Shown: positions 37,881 through 54,400 of the stretch, piece after piece
How the letters are laid out: each line of letters opens with the position of its first letter
Numbering within the stretch: position 1 is the stretch's first letter
Notes under the pieces: generated by a model
Seen by the model: the letters and a program-made list of their open reading frames with translations, nothing else
What the model was told of the DNA's origin: nothing
Database searches by the model: none
From: Lytechinus pictus
Taxonomy: Eukaryota
Direction: 5' to 3'
Assembly (NCBI RefSeq): GCF_037042905.1
Contig: NC_087251.1
Location: 5,272,001 to 5,336,000, forward strand
Length of the DNA stretch: 64,000 bases
Translations under genes and position numbers: made by a program

Positions 37881-38339
37881 ATTATCATTCACGCAGCGCA
37901 GTGCGCGCACCGAGGTACAGGTGACCGGGGAAGTTTCGGCGCGGCCAGACCAGAACATCACGGTCTTGGCTCTGGCGTTAGCTTGTGTAGATTTGGTAGG
38001 GGCAGCGAAATTAAGCAGAAGAACGGTAACACAATTATCATCAGTCTATGTATTTTTATTGCTATGTAAACTACAAGAATCATGATTACCTTTTGTTTTA
38101 CAGTTTTTGAAAAATACAAATATGCTAAAATAATATTATTTAACATATTTTCTGGGAGGTTTTATTATCAATAAAAAATAGTAAAATTGAACAAACGAAA
38201 AAAGATCAACTCTACAGTTTTCCAAAAAAGTGCTCTGGGCGAAAATGGTCACAAAATCTGAGCGAAGTGGACCTTCCTAAAAGCAACACTGCCATGTATT
38301 GCTGCCCTCTACGTTCGTTGCTATATTGACTATAATGTA

Positions 38340-38857
38340 TGGTAGGGGGTCCTAAAGCTGCGCGGGTCCTAAAGCTACGCACCACTCATCGCGCATGAAG
38401 TTTTTATGGCAAATGCGCACTCTGTGTGTGGAACTGTGACTGCAGAGTGACGAACGGTTCCTATTCAATTTTTTCTACAGAGGCTGCAGTAAATCTCTAA
38501 ATGCAGAGAAAACCAACAACTGTTTGGAATTTTTGAGTTATATTCGCTTTAATTTCATTTTATCCTATAATAATTTGAATATATTTTAGAAATCGAGGCA
38601 CAGGAAATATTTCTTTTTTTCATGATAAATCGAGTGCGTAGCTTTAGGACCCCTTCTACATCGGGCGGCGAAATTAAGAGGTGTTTGGAAAACACGGCGG
38701 GATTTTCGTATTAGTGAGTTTTGCGATATTTTCAGCTTGGTTAACGATCTTTAGAATGTTTGCCACAAATTAGTGAAAGATGATTTGTTGAAATATTAAA
38801 ATTGGGATAGTTTTTATTGTTTTAAAACAAAGTGCGTAGCTTTAGGTCCCCCAATCA
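38340..38857. mobile_element. TA-flanked MITE (Tc1/pogo-like) with repeated subterminal GGTCCTAAAGCTACGC motif
   Basis: TGGTAGGGGGTCCTAAAGCTGCGC versus GCGTAGCTTTAGGTCCCCCAATCA; the motif occurs 2x forward and 2x reverse. Confidence 0.6.
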
Positions 38858-38925
38858 TACAATCAATCTTAAAAATCAAGTGTATGATTAAGCGTTAACT
38901 TTTGTGTTAGGGGACCCTATATAAT

Positions 38926-40173
38926 ATTATCACCCGTATCAGACATCTGAGCTGGTCATTTACAAAACCGTATTTCCCTGTATTTTATTATTTATATTAT
39001 AATTAATAGTATATTGTTTGTATTTTCCTCGGTCTCAATGCGCGTATTGACTTTGCATGCAGAGACGACGCAAAATATACCTTTGTATTTTCCCTGGTCT
39101 CACATCCGGGCCTTTGAGGATGCGAATGAAGTGATACGCTTCATAATGTCCCGCGCACTAACGATCTACGTCATAATAAAGACAACGCTGGATCTGGGCG
39201 CTTGCAAGTACGTCATAATGGTAAAGTGCAGAGCCTAGACACTGATATTATCATGACACAACAGAACTCTATTCTTAAAAGATATCACTGATATCATGAT
39301 TTTTGCTCTAGATATCTGATTTGGATGATAATAAAAATATTGACTGCCCTTCTTTCGGGGAACATCAAATATATTGCCCTTAAAAGACCCATATTGCCCT
39401 CGTCTAAAGACTCGGGCCAATATGATTCTTTTGCTGGCAATATATTTGATGTTCCCCTCAAGACCAGTCAATATTATATAATTATCACCCGTATCAGACA
39501 TCTGAGCTGGTCATTCACAAAACCGTATTTCCCTGTATTTTATTATTATCAGGAAGGGATAGGTATATTGTTTGTATTTTCCTCGGTCTCAATGCGCAAA
39601 TTGACTTTACATGCAGAGACGATGCGAAATATACCTTTGTATTTTCCCTGGGGTCTGTTGCAGAAAGAGTTGCGTTTAAACGCAAGTCAAAAAATCAATC
39701 GCAAGTCCCAAATGCGCGCTGTTGATTGGTTGAAAATCAAGTTGCGCATGATTTTTAGAGTTGCGATTGATTGCAACTCTTTCTGCAATGGGCCCCAGGC
39801 CTTTGAGGATGCGAATGAAGTGATACGCTTCATAATGTTCCGCGCACCAACGATCTACGTCATAATAAAGACAACGCTGGATCTGGGCGCTTGCAAGTAC
39901 GTCATAATGGTAAAGTGCAGAGCCTAGACACTGATATTATCATGACACAACAGAACTCTATTCTTAAAAGATATCACTGTTATCATGATTTTTGCTCTAG
40001 ATATCTGATTTGGATGATAATAAAAATATTGACTGCCCTTCTTTCGGGGAACATCAAATATATTGCCCTTAAAAGACCCATATTGCCCTCGTCTAAAGAC
40101 TCGGGCTAATATGATTCTTTTGCTGGCATTATATTTGATGTTCCCCTCAAGACCAGTCAATATTATATAATTA
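38926..40173 (+). mobile_element. Head-to-tail dimer of a ~555-bp hairpin-ended interspersed repeat (family R)
   Basis: Units 38926-39484 and 39481-40173 share the ATTA junction. Other copies: 58793-59337; interrupted at about 14660-15850; partial at 13455-13735 and 16755-16805; diverged and inverted at 40420-40982. Confidence 0.85.
39651..39795. mobile_element. Harbinger-like MITE nested in family R unit 2
   Basis: GGGTCTGTTGCAGAAAGAGTTGC / GCAACTCTTTCTGCAATGGGCCC flanked by CTG and CAG; absent from unit 1 and from the 58793 copy. Confidence 0.8.
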
Positions 40174-42409
40174 GCGTCCGTGAGGATTGCGAAAGGTGGC
40201 TATTATCTAGTTACATATGCATCTTGTATGTATATTCCCTTCTTTCTAACGATGTGCGTAGTTTCGGAGGGGAGTTGAAATGTTATTTATTTAAACGATA
40301 GACCAGGCAATATCTGTTATATTATATAGTCTATGTGGATTCGCCATCAGAGATTACATTCATCATCTTGCTCCAACCCGAAATTCTTGCTACAGCTCTG
40401 ATCCATCTATGTCATAATAAAGCAATATTGACTGGCTTCGGGGCGATACGACATATATCGCCCAAACTCTATTTATATCGCCCGAGTCGTAGACGAGGGT
40501 GATATCAATTTAGTGAGGGCGATATATGTCCTTTCGCCCCCAGGTCAGTCAATATTGCTATTATTAACCAAATCAGACATCTAGAGCAAAAATCGTTAAA
40601 ATTCATAAATTTATTAGAGTTTAAGAATGGGAATCTATTTTGTCATGTTGAGCAGACTGGGCCTCTGAACTGTAGCATTGTGACGTAATTGAAATGACGC
40701 GTCCCTGGCCTGGGGACGCAGTATCCAACGTTGTCTCAACTTGATTAACATTGTGACGTAAACACTGCGCGGTTCAAGGACGCGTACAAAAACGCGTAGA
40801 ACACCCGGATGTTAGCGCTGCCTTTTATTACCCGCTGCATTTCTACGCATTTTCTCATTGACTTTTCTGAGCGGGCAATAAATTGGGCCCGTAAATAAAC
40901 AATTGTAAATTTGATCCCAGTCTTAAGCAGGCAACAATGTATTAAAGTTGCCCTGCTCAGATGTCTGATACGGTTAATTATAGAAAATATTTTGAAAATA
41001 CATCAAGCGCATTCTTCATGCAATCGACGCGTTAACACTCGCGCGTACATCAAACTACCTGATTACGCAACTTGTAAGCAGCGAGTGACGTCACCTTAGT
41101 GAATATAACGCCGCAAATGACAATACAACGCAGTTATATCTACTGATGTGACGTCAAAACCCAGAATATAACAAATTTATGCGATCCTCGCAGCTATGGT
41201 CACGTGATGGCGTATTGACCTATCACTAATTCGAATCTACATAACCTATGTAATATTTATTTATAGTTTCGTTTATATCTGACTTCAACTATTATGTTCT
41301 ATCATAATGTATGTATATTTTCTCATGTTAATTTTACCATGTTTACTGTGTATAATAAGATATATTGTGATTGTATTTTAATATGCAGGACCCCAAGGGA
41401 GAGCAATTTTTATGTTGATTGGGTATCCTGTTGAAATAATGTTAATAAATAAATAAATAAATCACAAAAAGTGCCTAGCATGTTCAATTTTCAGGACAAA
41501 ATTTCCCAAAATAATCAGCTCGCGCTTCTTTCTCTCAATGATTGATTATAGAGCTTATAAGGTTATTACATATTTATGTTGTTTTATAAGAATAAAGGTA
41601 AGAAGTGACTGTTTTGACTACCCTTCAAAGAAACATATTAGCGAAAGCTGGATCCGCCCCGGTCGTTTTATAAATACCTTTTTCTGTTAATTTCAAATTT
41701 CTTTATTTTTATCTATTTTTTATCATTCCATGGTTTGTCAACATCCTTTTACCAACGTCCCTTTTCTAAAGCATTTTCTTTATGTCAATGAAAACATATA
41801 GGTAAAAGTGAGATAACATTGAAAATCTGAATTATGTTCGTCCATTGCCTGGTAAATCTGAATTTTAATATTAAACAATCGTTGGATTTTAGCCCCGCAA
41901 ATTAAAATTTCCATTTTCACTTAATGCGTTTGGCATTTATTCATGTAACACGATCTGATACAACTTTCTCATAGGCGGATCCGAGTCCCCCCCCCCCCCT
42001 TTATTGGCGGAGAAAAAAAGGAAAAGGGGGGGGAGGAAAACAAATTCACGCCCCCCCCCCCCCCTCATTGGCGAAAGCTGGATCCGCCCCTGCTTTCTGT
42101 CTTTATATTGGGCATATTTTTTTTTACTCATATGCCTACCCCTTTTATGACGCAGTGGCATGCACGGGTGAATTTATTTTGAGTTTCACATTATTTTATG
42201 AACAAAAAGGCACAATGGATAGAGCTTGAAATGGCATTGGAGGTCTGAGTCAACAACAGTGTGTATATGCATTGATCCATGAAATTTAACTTAGCGCAAT
42301 AGAAGAATTGAAGAATTTAGCCTTTAAAAGTGGCTCGATAGTCGATACAATATACCACTGTGTGAACTATCCAAGGAATATAAATATCATCTAAATATAT
42401 AGTGGAGAC

Positions 42410-46115
<3,706 letters not shown>

Positions 46116-46700
46116 CGACACTAAATTTGCCGCCATGGCGATAAAACAAGGCTATGAAACCTTTCCCATAATATTAGTTGTTATAGAGAGATCATGGAGC
46201 TATGAGAGTGGGGGGGGGGGGGGGTGAGAAAGGGGAGGAGAATAATTTAAACTCAAAATTCCCTTTTATACACATTAGGCAATATATCTGAAGAATTGCA
46301 CTGTTATAACAAAAGTAATATTCTCAAAATATAAAGCTGAATTTAATCGTGGAATAAACGATGATATATTTCAGTCGAAGTATTCATGCAAAAAAACATT
46401 CTGATAAATCAAAGGCATTTGCAGAATAGCAGCCGATGTTCATTCCGCTTTTTTATAAGTGAAAATATAGGATATACATGAATATCATAGGTGCTGAATA
46501 GTTCAAAATAAATGAAGCATGTCACGTGATGAAAATCCAAACCATTAACGTATTTATCATTATGGTATAGGATTTACTGCGTGATCTTTCCACTGAAACA
46601 TTGTTTGCCATGTGTCTTCAATAAGTTCATATAGTTTCTGTAGTTAACTCTCCATTTTGTATCTAGAGTTGTATCTTAATTATTTTAAGTCTCGTAATCA

Positions 46701-47873
46701 TTTTTGTCTCGCCTGCATAGCAGAGCGAGACTATATAGACGCCGCTTTTCTGACGGCGACGGCGGCGTCGTCAACATTGAAATCTTAAGCAAGGTTAAGT
46801 TTTAGAAATGTTATAGTATTCATGAACTTGGACATAAGAGTAATCAAGTATTACTGAGCATCCTACCTGAGTTTCAGGTCACATGACCAAGGTTAAAGGT
46901 CATTTATGGTCAATGAACTTAGACCATGTTGGAGGACTCGATATCGAAATTTTAACCAAGGTTAAGTTTTTTGAAATGTCATCATATTAACTTAAAAATT
47001 ATATGGACCTAGTTCATAAAACCCAGACATAAGGGCAATAGTGTGTCACTAAAGACCCTGGCTGTGTTTCAGGTCACATGATTAAGGTCAACGAACTTTG
47101 GCCATGTTGGGTTTATTTTAGGAATTGTCTTCATAACCTAAAAAGATTATGGATCTAGTTCATAAAACTTGGACATAGAAGCAACAATGTATCTCTAAAT
47201 TTCATGTGCGAGTTTCAAGTTACATGACCAAGGTCAAAGGTCACTTAGGGTCAACGAACTTTGGCCATGTTTGGGGTTTTTGAGGAATTGTCATCATACA
47301 TGTAACTTTAAAAGTTTATGGATCTAGTTCATGAAACGTAAACATGAGAGCAATAAAGTATCATTGAACATCCTGTACGAATTTCAGGTCACATGATCAA
47401 GGTCAAAGGTCATTTAGAGTCAACGAACTTTGGTAATGTTGGGGGTATTTGTGGAATTGTTATCATACATGTAACTTTAAAAGTTTATGGATCTAGTCCA
47501 TGAAACGTGAACATAAGAGCAGCAATCTATCCCTGAAGCGCGTTTCAAGAACATAACCAAGATCAAAGGTCATTTAACGGTCAATGAACTCTAGCCGTGT
47601 TGGGAGTATGTGATGAATTGGCATCATACCTTAGAAAGTTTATGAATCTAGCTCATGAAACATCGATATAAGGGTTATCAATTATGAATGATTGTTTTGC
47701 ACATGTCTTAGGTCACATGATCATATGTCATTTTTTGGTCAATGGACCTAATATTTTATTATCATATTAGTGTTTTCTTCTGTGAATACTTATTCATTAG
47801 CGGTTTTCAAAGGCAGCACTGCTGATATCGAATTGCAAATGCAGGCGAGACTGTACGAGGCGTTCCACTTGTT
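46701..47873 (+). mobile_element. Helentron-associated (HINE-like) element, same family as 11153-12148
   Basis: TTTTTGTCTCGCCTGC...GCGAGAC start, about 6 diverged tandem units, GCAGGCGAGAC + hairpin + TTGTT end. Confidence 0.75.
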
Positions 47874-48392
47874 AAATTTAGCAATTTTTATCACTATTTC
47901 TTCCTAGGTTAGTTGTATTCCAATGACAAGATGGATTTTTCAAGATTTTACGATTTGACTCTTAATACGATTCTATAAGTTTGAATAGCAATTACAAATT
48001 GTTTCTGATGTTAGATATTTTGTATCTTGTATTTTTGATGTTGTTTGTTGTTGTTGTTGTTGTTCATAGTTATCTTGACATGTATTTTAAACTGCAGGGC
48101 GCCTTTGTAAAGCAGTTTTAAGAACTGAACAGGCCTACCCTGCAGTATAAAATAAATAAAACAAAATAAATAAATAAATAAATAAACAATACATTTATTT
48201 TATGCTTCATCTCGATCAAATCGAATTCCCGGTAAGAAACCATAAAGGTGAATAAAACACTACCTCTGTGTAACAAAACTCTTTTGGATAAGAGTGTGTC
48301 TTTAAGTTTCAAAAGAAATGTTCTTAATGTTCTAACATTTTACATCTTTGTAATCAATTTTACTCTGGCAAAGTAATATCGTAAATGATAAT

Positions 48393-49075
48393 ATGACAGT
48401 GATCTGGGCAGCAGTGGGGAAAATGAAATTAGAATCGTTATATAAACTGCAAAAGAAAGCTCTTAGAATATGTACAAATTCTCATTTTCAAGCTCGCTCT
48501 CGTCCTTTATTTTTATTTTTTGGTAACGAACACTTACGATTTATGATATATATACATTTCAAATTGCCATTATGATGTTTAATGTTTGAATGTTACTAAG
48601 AGTACTGCACCTAACATAATTTGTCAAATGTTTACTCTTAATAAATCTATCCATTCCCATAATACCCGCTCATGTATAACATACCATTACCCAAAGGTTT
48701 CATCTCAGTCCTTACTCAACTCTTTTAACGGTCTCCGTATTTGGAACAATTTACCTAATAATTTTATGTCATGCACTACTTTGTCATCTTTTAAGGTCTT
48801 ATTGAAGAGACAGATCTTCTCTTCATATTCCTGTTGCTCTTAAGTACCTATGTATCATGCGTGTCATGGTGTGTGAGTGTGTGTGCGTGCGTGTGTGAGT
48901 GTGTGTGTGTGTGCATGTTTGTATTATATTGTAATGTGTTTCACCATGTGTTTCTTTTCCCTATTTTGGGGAACTATGCCTTACAAGTTTTTTTAACTTT
49001 CATATCAGTCTCCAATTTCATTCATTAGATTAAATCTCGATTGTTTCATGTTACTTTGTATGTTTCATGTTACTT

Positions 49076-49109
<34 letters not shown>

Positions 49110-49145
49110 GATTTTATGATTGAAATAAATTGAATTGAACTTGAA
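48393..49145 (+). mobile_element. 3' fragment of an L2/CR1-group LINE
   Basis: LQKKALRICTNS, HSHNTRS, GLRIWNNLP and FKVLLK motifs across frameshifts; tail AATAAATTGAATTGAACTTGAA. Confidence 0.8.
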
Positions 49146-50239
49146 AATCTCCGTTTCGTATGCCTACTGTTATCATGTTAAAGGATAGAATGTTTAAAAT
49201 CAAAGTCATCTAGACTCTTTGTTTCTAGTACAAATTATTGTTTATAATCTTCACATTTTGAAACGCAGTTATATATCAAAATATTATTTTAGAATGACGA
49301 AGACGGGTCGATAACATTAAATATGGCAATAGTTAACAAATTTTTATCATTTTTTTGCGTGAAGGGGCTGATCTAGTGTATCACGAATGGAGGGGCACAG
49401 AAAGTTGTGATATTTTTGTAACATTTGAAAATAATTTCCTGACAGGCAAAAGCAAAGTTTCTCACTAGGCAAAAAGACAATTGAATATCCCATAAATATG
49501 ACAAGTAAATATATGTGATCATAATATACATCATTATCAGCTCTTAAATGGGAAAATTGTCAGACCCCTCGAATATCGTGAGTTTAATCGAAAGGGATGT
49601 GCTCTTTGTAACCTCACTGAATCAGCATGTGGTGTTCATCTCTGGTAATTTTGACCACTGATAACCAATATATATATGTATATATATACTTTTGCTATAC
49701 AAGGATCTTATCGATTAATTTCTATTCTTATATATAGGAAATCAAGTCAGACTGTCTGATTTAATAGGCCTCTACAAAAAAAATGTTGTCACTTGCCCGA
49801 CAGGGCAAGTGATGAAAAAAATTGCTTGCCTGATAGAAAAAACTGCTTGCCCAATTTGTTTTATTTTTTTTTTTATTATGACGGCACTATTCTTATTTTT
49901 AAAGGTCATACAAAATAACAACAATTGATAATCATGTACAGTACAGAAGAACACCCATTTAAAGGTTGTTTTCAGCAACGAAGGCCTGAGTCATTACGTT
50001 TATTTTGAAAAAAACTTTTCGCTATTTATAAATGGGCGTTTAAGGTAAAAAAAAAAACCTTCACCAAAAGTTGCCAAAATTTCCTATTTTGCACTTTTAA
50101 TTCTACGAAATGGTTATCTGTTTGCCATATTTCCTTAGAATTGTTTTGATTTAGTTGGAAAGTGTAAAGAAAGTAAGTGAAAAATATTCTGCTCTTTATT
50201 GACTCTGAAAAAGATCGTTTTGTGATGAAAAAAAAATCA

Positions 50240-50690
50240 TCAAAAGTGGAGTGGCTAAAATTTCACATTTTGCACCTTTAAATCCATGAAATGGTCATTT
50301 ATTTTCCATATTTCCTTGATATTTCTTTTTTAATTGGGAACTATCAAGAAAATTATTAATATTCACCCCTCTCTTGTCTTTTCTTCATCATTTTATGATG
50401 TTACACTCGGTCAATATTTTTTTTAATTGTAGTCCCGCATGTAGACTTTCATGGGTTAAAAAAAAACACCATGAAAGTCTACATGTGGGACCACAATAAT
50501 AAAAAAACATTTACCGAGTGTAACATCATCATAAATCAGAGTCAAGAAAGAGAGTCAAGAAAAAGCTGAATATTCTTCATTTTTCGGTAGTTTCCAACTA
50601 AATCAAAACAATTTCAAGGTAATAAGGAAAATAGATGGCAATTTCATGGATTTTTGCAAAATGTGAAACTTTAGCTACTTTTGGTGGGTT
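50240..50690. repeat. Large imperfect palindrome (fold-back) within a transposon remnant (about 49765-51030)
   Basis: TTACACTCGGT...CCCGCATGTAGACTTTCATGG pairs with CCATGAAAGTCTACATGTGGGA...ACCGAGTGTAA around 50460; arms extend about 220 bp. Confidence 0.7.
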
Positions 50691-51414
50691 TTTTTTCGGT
50701 TTGCATCGGCAAATTGCGCAAGATAGTAGCGCATGCGCAGTCATTGCACACATAGAACGTAAGATGCGATGGCACGGTTTTTCGAACGAGGTACCTGGCG
50801 ATAAATTATTGGTAATTGGCGCTGATTTTACATCAGTTTCCACTGTTTTTGTTTTACTGGTTTGACATAATTATGAGAGATAGTTGTGATTATCCAAAAG
50901 ATATTGAAATTTAGAGGGTCTACTGATATTTTATTATTTTATTTCCAAAACAACCACTTGCCCGATCGGGCAATTGACTTTGAGAAAATTAATGCTTGCC
51001 CGCACGTCATTTTCACTTGACCCGGGCAAGCAGGTTATATCTAATATAATATTTTATGGAACATGGTTTGTTAAAAATCCATCTTTCCTCCGAATCTCAA
51101 CTCAGTTTGCTGTGAAAATGTAAATTGAGTCGGTATGATGTGCATAATAATACAAGAGGTAATGATATAAAAAACTCAAACGCAAGAATAGGGAAAATGT
51201 ACTAGTTAATGGGACAGTGGATCCCTTGTTACTACTGTTGTTGTAAAGAGACTTTAATTAATACTATATTTTTTAGACCTATACTTTTATTTTTAAAGGA
51301 CCCTAACTTTGAATCTTTACAATAAGAGTACAAAAAGAACAATAAAGAACGCAAAAGTAGACACGGGGGTAGATTATTGCTGGTCGGGGAAATGGGGGAG
51401 GGGGGGGGGGATAA

Positions 51415-54400
51415 CTAAGCCTTCACCCAGTTGAATTTATCATCTGGTTTAAAGTTTTGAGTGTGTCTGTTATGAAAGACTAGATCCCATCTCTGCATCC
51501 ATGGTCCCGTAATCGTCGTATCGAAGTCGATGTCGTCACTCTCAATCTCCAAATCAGGATTCTTGTTTTGACTGAAGACCTCCTATGAAAAAAAACAATT
51601 AGCAGGAATTATGAGGGATTCACTGTGATACATGACTCAGTCGGTAGACCTACGCCTCAAGCAGGAGCCTTGCAACGGAGGGGAGGGAACACCTTATATC
51701 AGTAACTGCACAAAAGCGTAAAAAATCAACACCGTATTGTGATTTGATGCATTTTGGCCGCCCCTCTCGCCACACTTTCAAAATCGTTCCGCGGTCCGTG
51801 TCACGAACAGAATTCAGCCAAGAATTCGTGTTCTCTGGCTGAGTATTAATACGAAACATTTTTTTAGGACACAGACAAAAATAGCAACATATATGATTTT
51901 TGGACCAGGTAATTATACAAAGAGCGATTCACTCATTTACATAACACCAACAGAATATAAGATATCACTAACAGATGAAAATAATGAAGGACTCCGGAGA
52001 GCATTGTCGATGGACAAGTTGTCAGATCTAGCCCAGGATGGCCATTTTATAAAAGTTGTCAGTACTGAATAACTTGTCAGCACTGGCAATTTCAGTGTAA
52101 TCCTTGGTTTTGATTGGCTTAGAAGCTCTGGCCTATAATTGTTACTATGGTAACTGTCAGACAAAGAAAACTTTTCAGTGCTGACAACTTTCACGAAACG
52201 GTCCCCACCATGACAGGTACTATATACCATGGTAACTATGGAATGAAACAGACTTTGTCGGATGTTTTGACAGTTTCTTTCAGGAAATCCTTGAATTTTC
52301 CTTGTAGAAGAGGCAAATGGAAAATGTTAATTGTCCACTGAAAAAAAAACAATGCTCCGACCACATCACCAGGTAGGGCCCGCAGAAGTGAATTGTATGC
52401 CCCGAACCGTCGCCCCGTCGCGACGCGTCGCCCTTAACATGGTATTATTATTGAAAATTAATTTTCACTATAATTTACAATCTAATTTTCTTCTATATAT
52501 ATATTTCTTGAAGATCTTCATTTTAAAACCAACCTTAGCAATAGTATGACGATCTGAAGATTCATATTCGGCCCAAATCGGTTTGTAGTTCGGATCGTCT
52601 TCTTTTCTCATCATGACACAATCCTTGATCCCATAGAAACCGTTTGGTTTATCCGGTCGTTGCCAGCGGAGATCCAGACTCCATCGGATATTGTGTGATA
52701 GGTTTGTGAGACTGGATAGTCAAAGTATTTTAAAGAATTGGTCAATGATGTCAGTTTGGTAGAATTGCAATTCCTCCCTTGCTCAGTATAAATCAGAAGT
52801 CAAATACTGTAAAATGCCCCCAATCAAAATTTGATTTATAAAACCCTAATTTATTTGTATTATTAACAGGCACCCGGGTATCTAGGTAAATTGATTTATG
52901 CAGTAGATTTCTTTATGAATGTGAAATAGTATTTTCAAGATTAAGCTCTCTTTCTAATTTCATATATTGATTACATAAATGAATATGTTTGTAAACAGAA
53001 TGATTCAAGCTAGGTTACATAATCATTGTAAAAAATGGCTTACAAAAATTAAAGCAGGAAAAACTTAAGGTATCTAAACAACCGAATATCTTAAAAAGAA
53101 TATCAAAGTTATAATAGGAGAAACTAATAAAATACATGCATGATCAAATTCTGACATACCTGCGATGTGGAACGCAGTTGTTCATTAATAGGACGCCCCC
53201 ATACGACATATCACAGGTCACCAAATCTTTGTCCATATCTACACCCAGTGCCTCTATCATATCTTCTTCAAGTACCTCAACGTACCATGTCCCACCCACA
53301 CAGCATCGGTGTTTGGCTGTTACCCCTTTCCGATGACCTTTGCGAGCAACCTGAAATTATTTCAAAAAGATACAATGTACTATTATTTCTTTAGCTGGTA
53401 TGTTTTTTTCTGGCATACTTCGAAATACACATCGAATTAAAATGAAATGAAATAATATAATGTAAAACCAAAATAGAAATAAGATTAAAAAGAAATCACA
53501 CAAATAGAAAATTTATGTATACCTCCATCATTTTTTTTTCAAAATAACATTTTAAAGTCCCGCCAAAAATTGCGCTTCAGGCTTTAACATAACTGAATTT
53601 TAGTGAAAGTATTTCCAGCCTAACATTGCTTTTCTGATAATTATGTTAAAAATTCTGATAAGTTAGGAATGCCTAATAGACCTCCATCTCAATAAATAAT
53701 CGATTTGATATTCAAGAATCATTTAAATTATCAGATCGACAGACAGACCTGATGTTCGCGCCTTGTGGATCATCATCACCACCTCACTTGGAAGTGTATA
53801 TAGAGGGACGTGCATAAACACTGTGAAGCTGTAAGCATTGCTATGCAATTATTATCATAGGCAATGATATAAAAGTGAATCTAATTATTATACCTGCATG
53901 CATCCATTCTTCGCATTAACATCTAGTAAAGGAATCCACGCAGTGACTTGGAGAACGTTCAAAGCATTGGGATCAAGGTAGGCATTATCTGGGTAAAAAT
54001 AAATGAATCATAATCGTCATTATGCTAAACGGCAGTGTGATGACACTGTGTATTGTTACGAAATCCATATTAATATACCTATATTTCAAAGTGAAGAAGT
54101 TATGCGTATTTACTTCGAATCATAAAACGATCGACAGAATACAAGAGAGAAATACGTTAGGAACCGAACTGGGAAGCAAAAGAGTCAACAATAAAATAAA
54201 TAACGTGGAGATGTAGGCCTATTGACCTTTCAGCCAATAATTCTATTTTCAGACGATTCTTGTCCGTTCTATTTAGAATACAAATATATAATTCAATCTA
54301 TCGGGGTTTTATTTCTTCTGAAAAGTAAAATTAGATTGATATTACCTTGATGCCAAGGGACTACTGCTTCTTCATTTTGTGGTGTCTGTTGATGAATACA

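Larger units (their letters stand above)
30609..38320. mobile_element. TIR DNA transposon derivative (P-element-like ends) hosting the LTR element and a MITE
   Basis: About 55-bp TIRs, with CAACGAACGTAGAGGGCAGCAATACA perfectly inverted at 38295-38320. Flanks CTATTGAC and CTATATTGAC (8-bp TSD with a 2-bp indel). No transposase seen. Confidence 0.7.

Noticed and set aside
39325..39927. 200-aa ORF
   Set aside because: Spans a repeat junction and a nested MITE; the frame is not preserved in other family-R copies.
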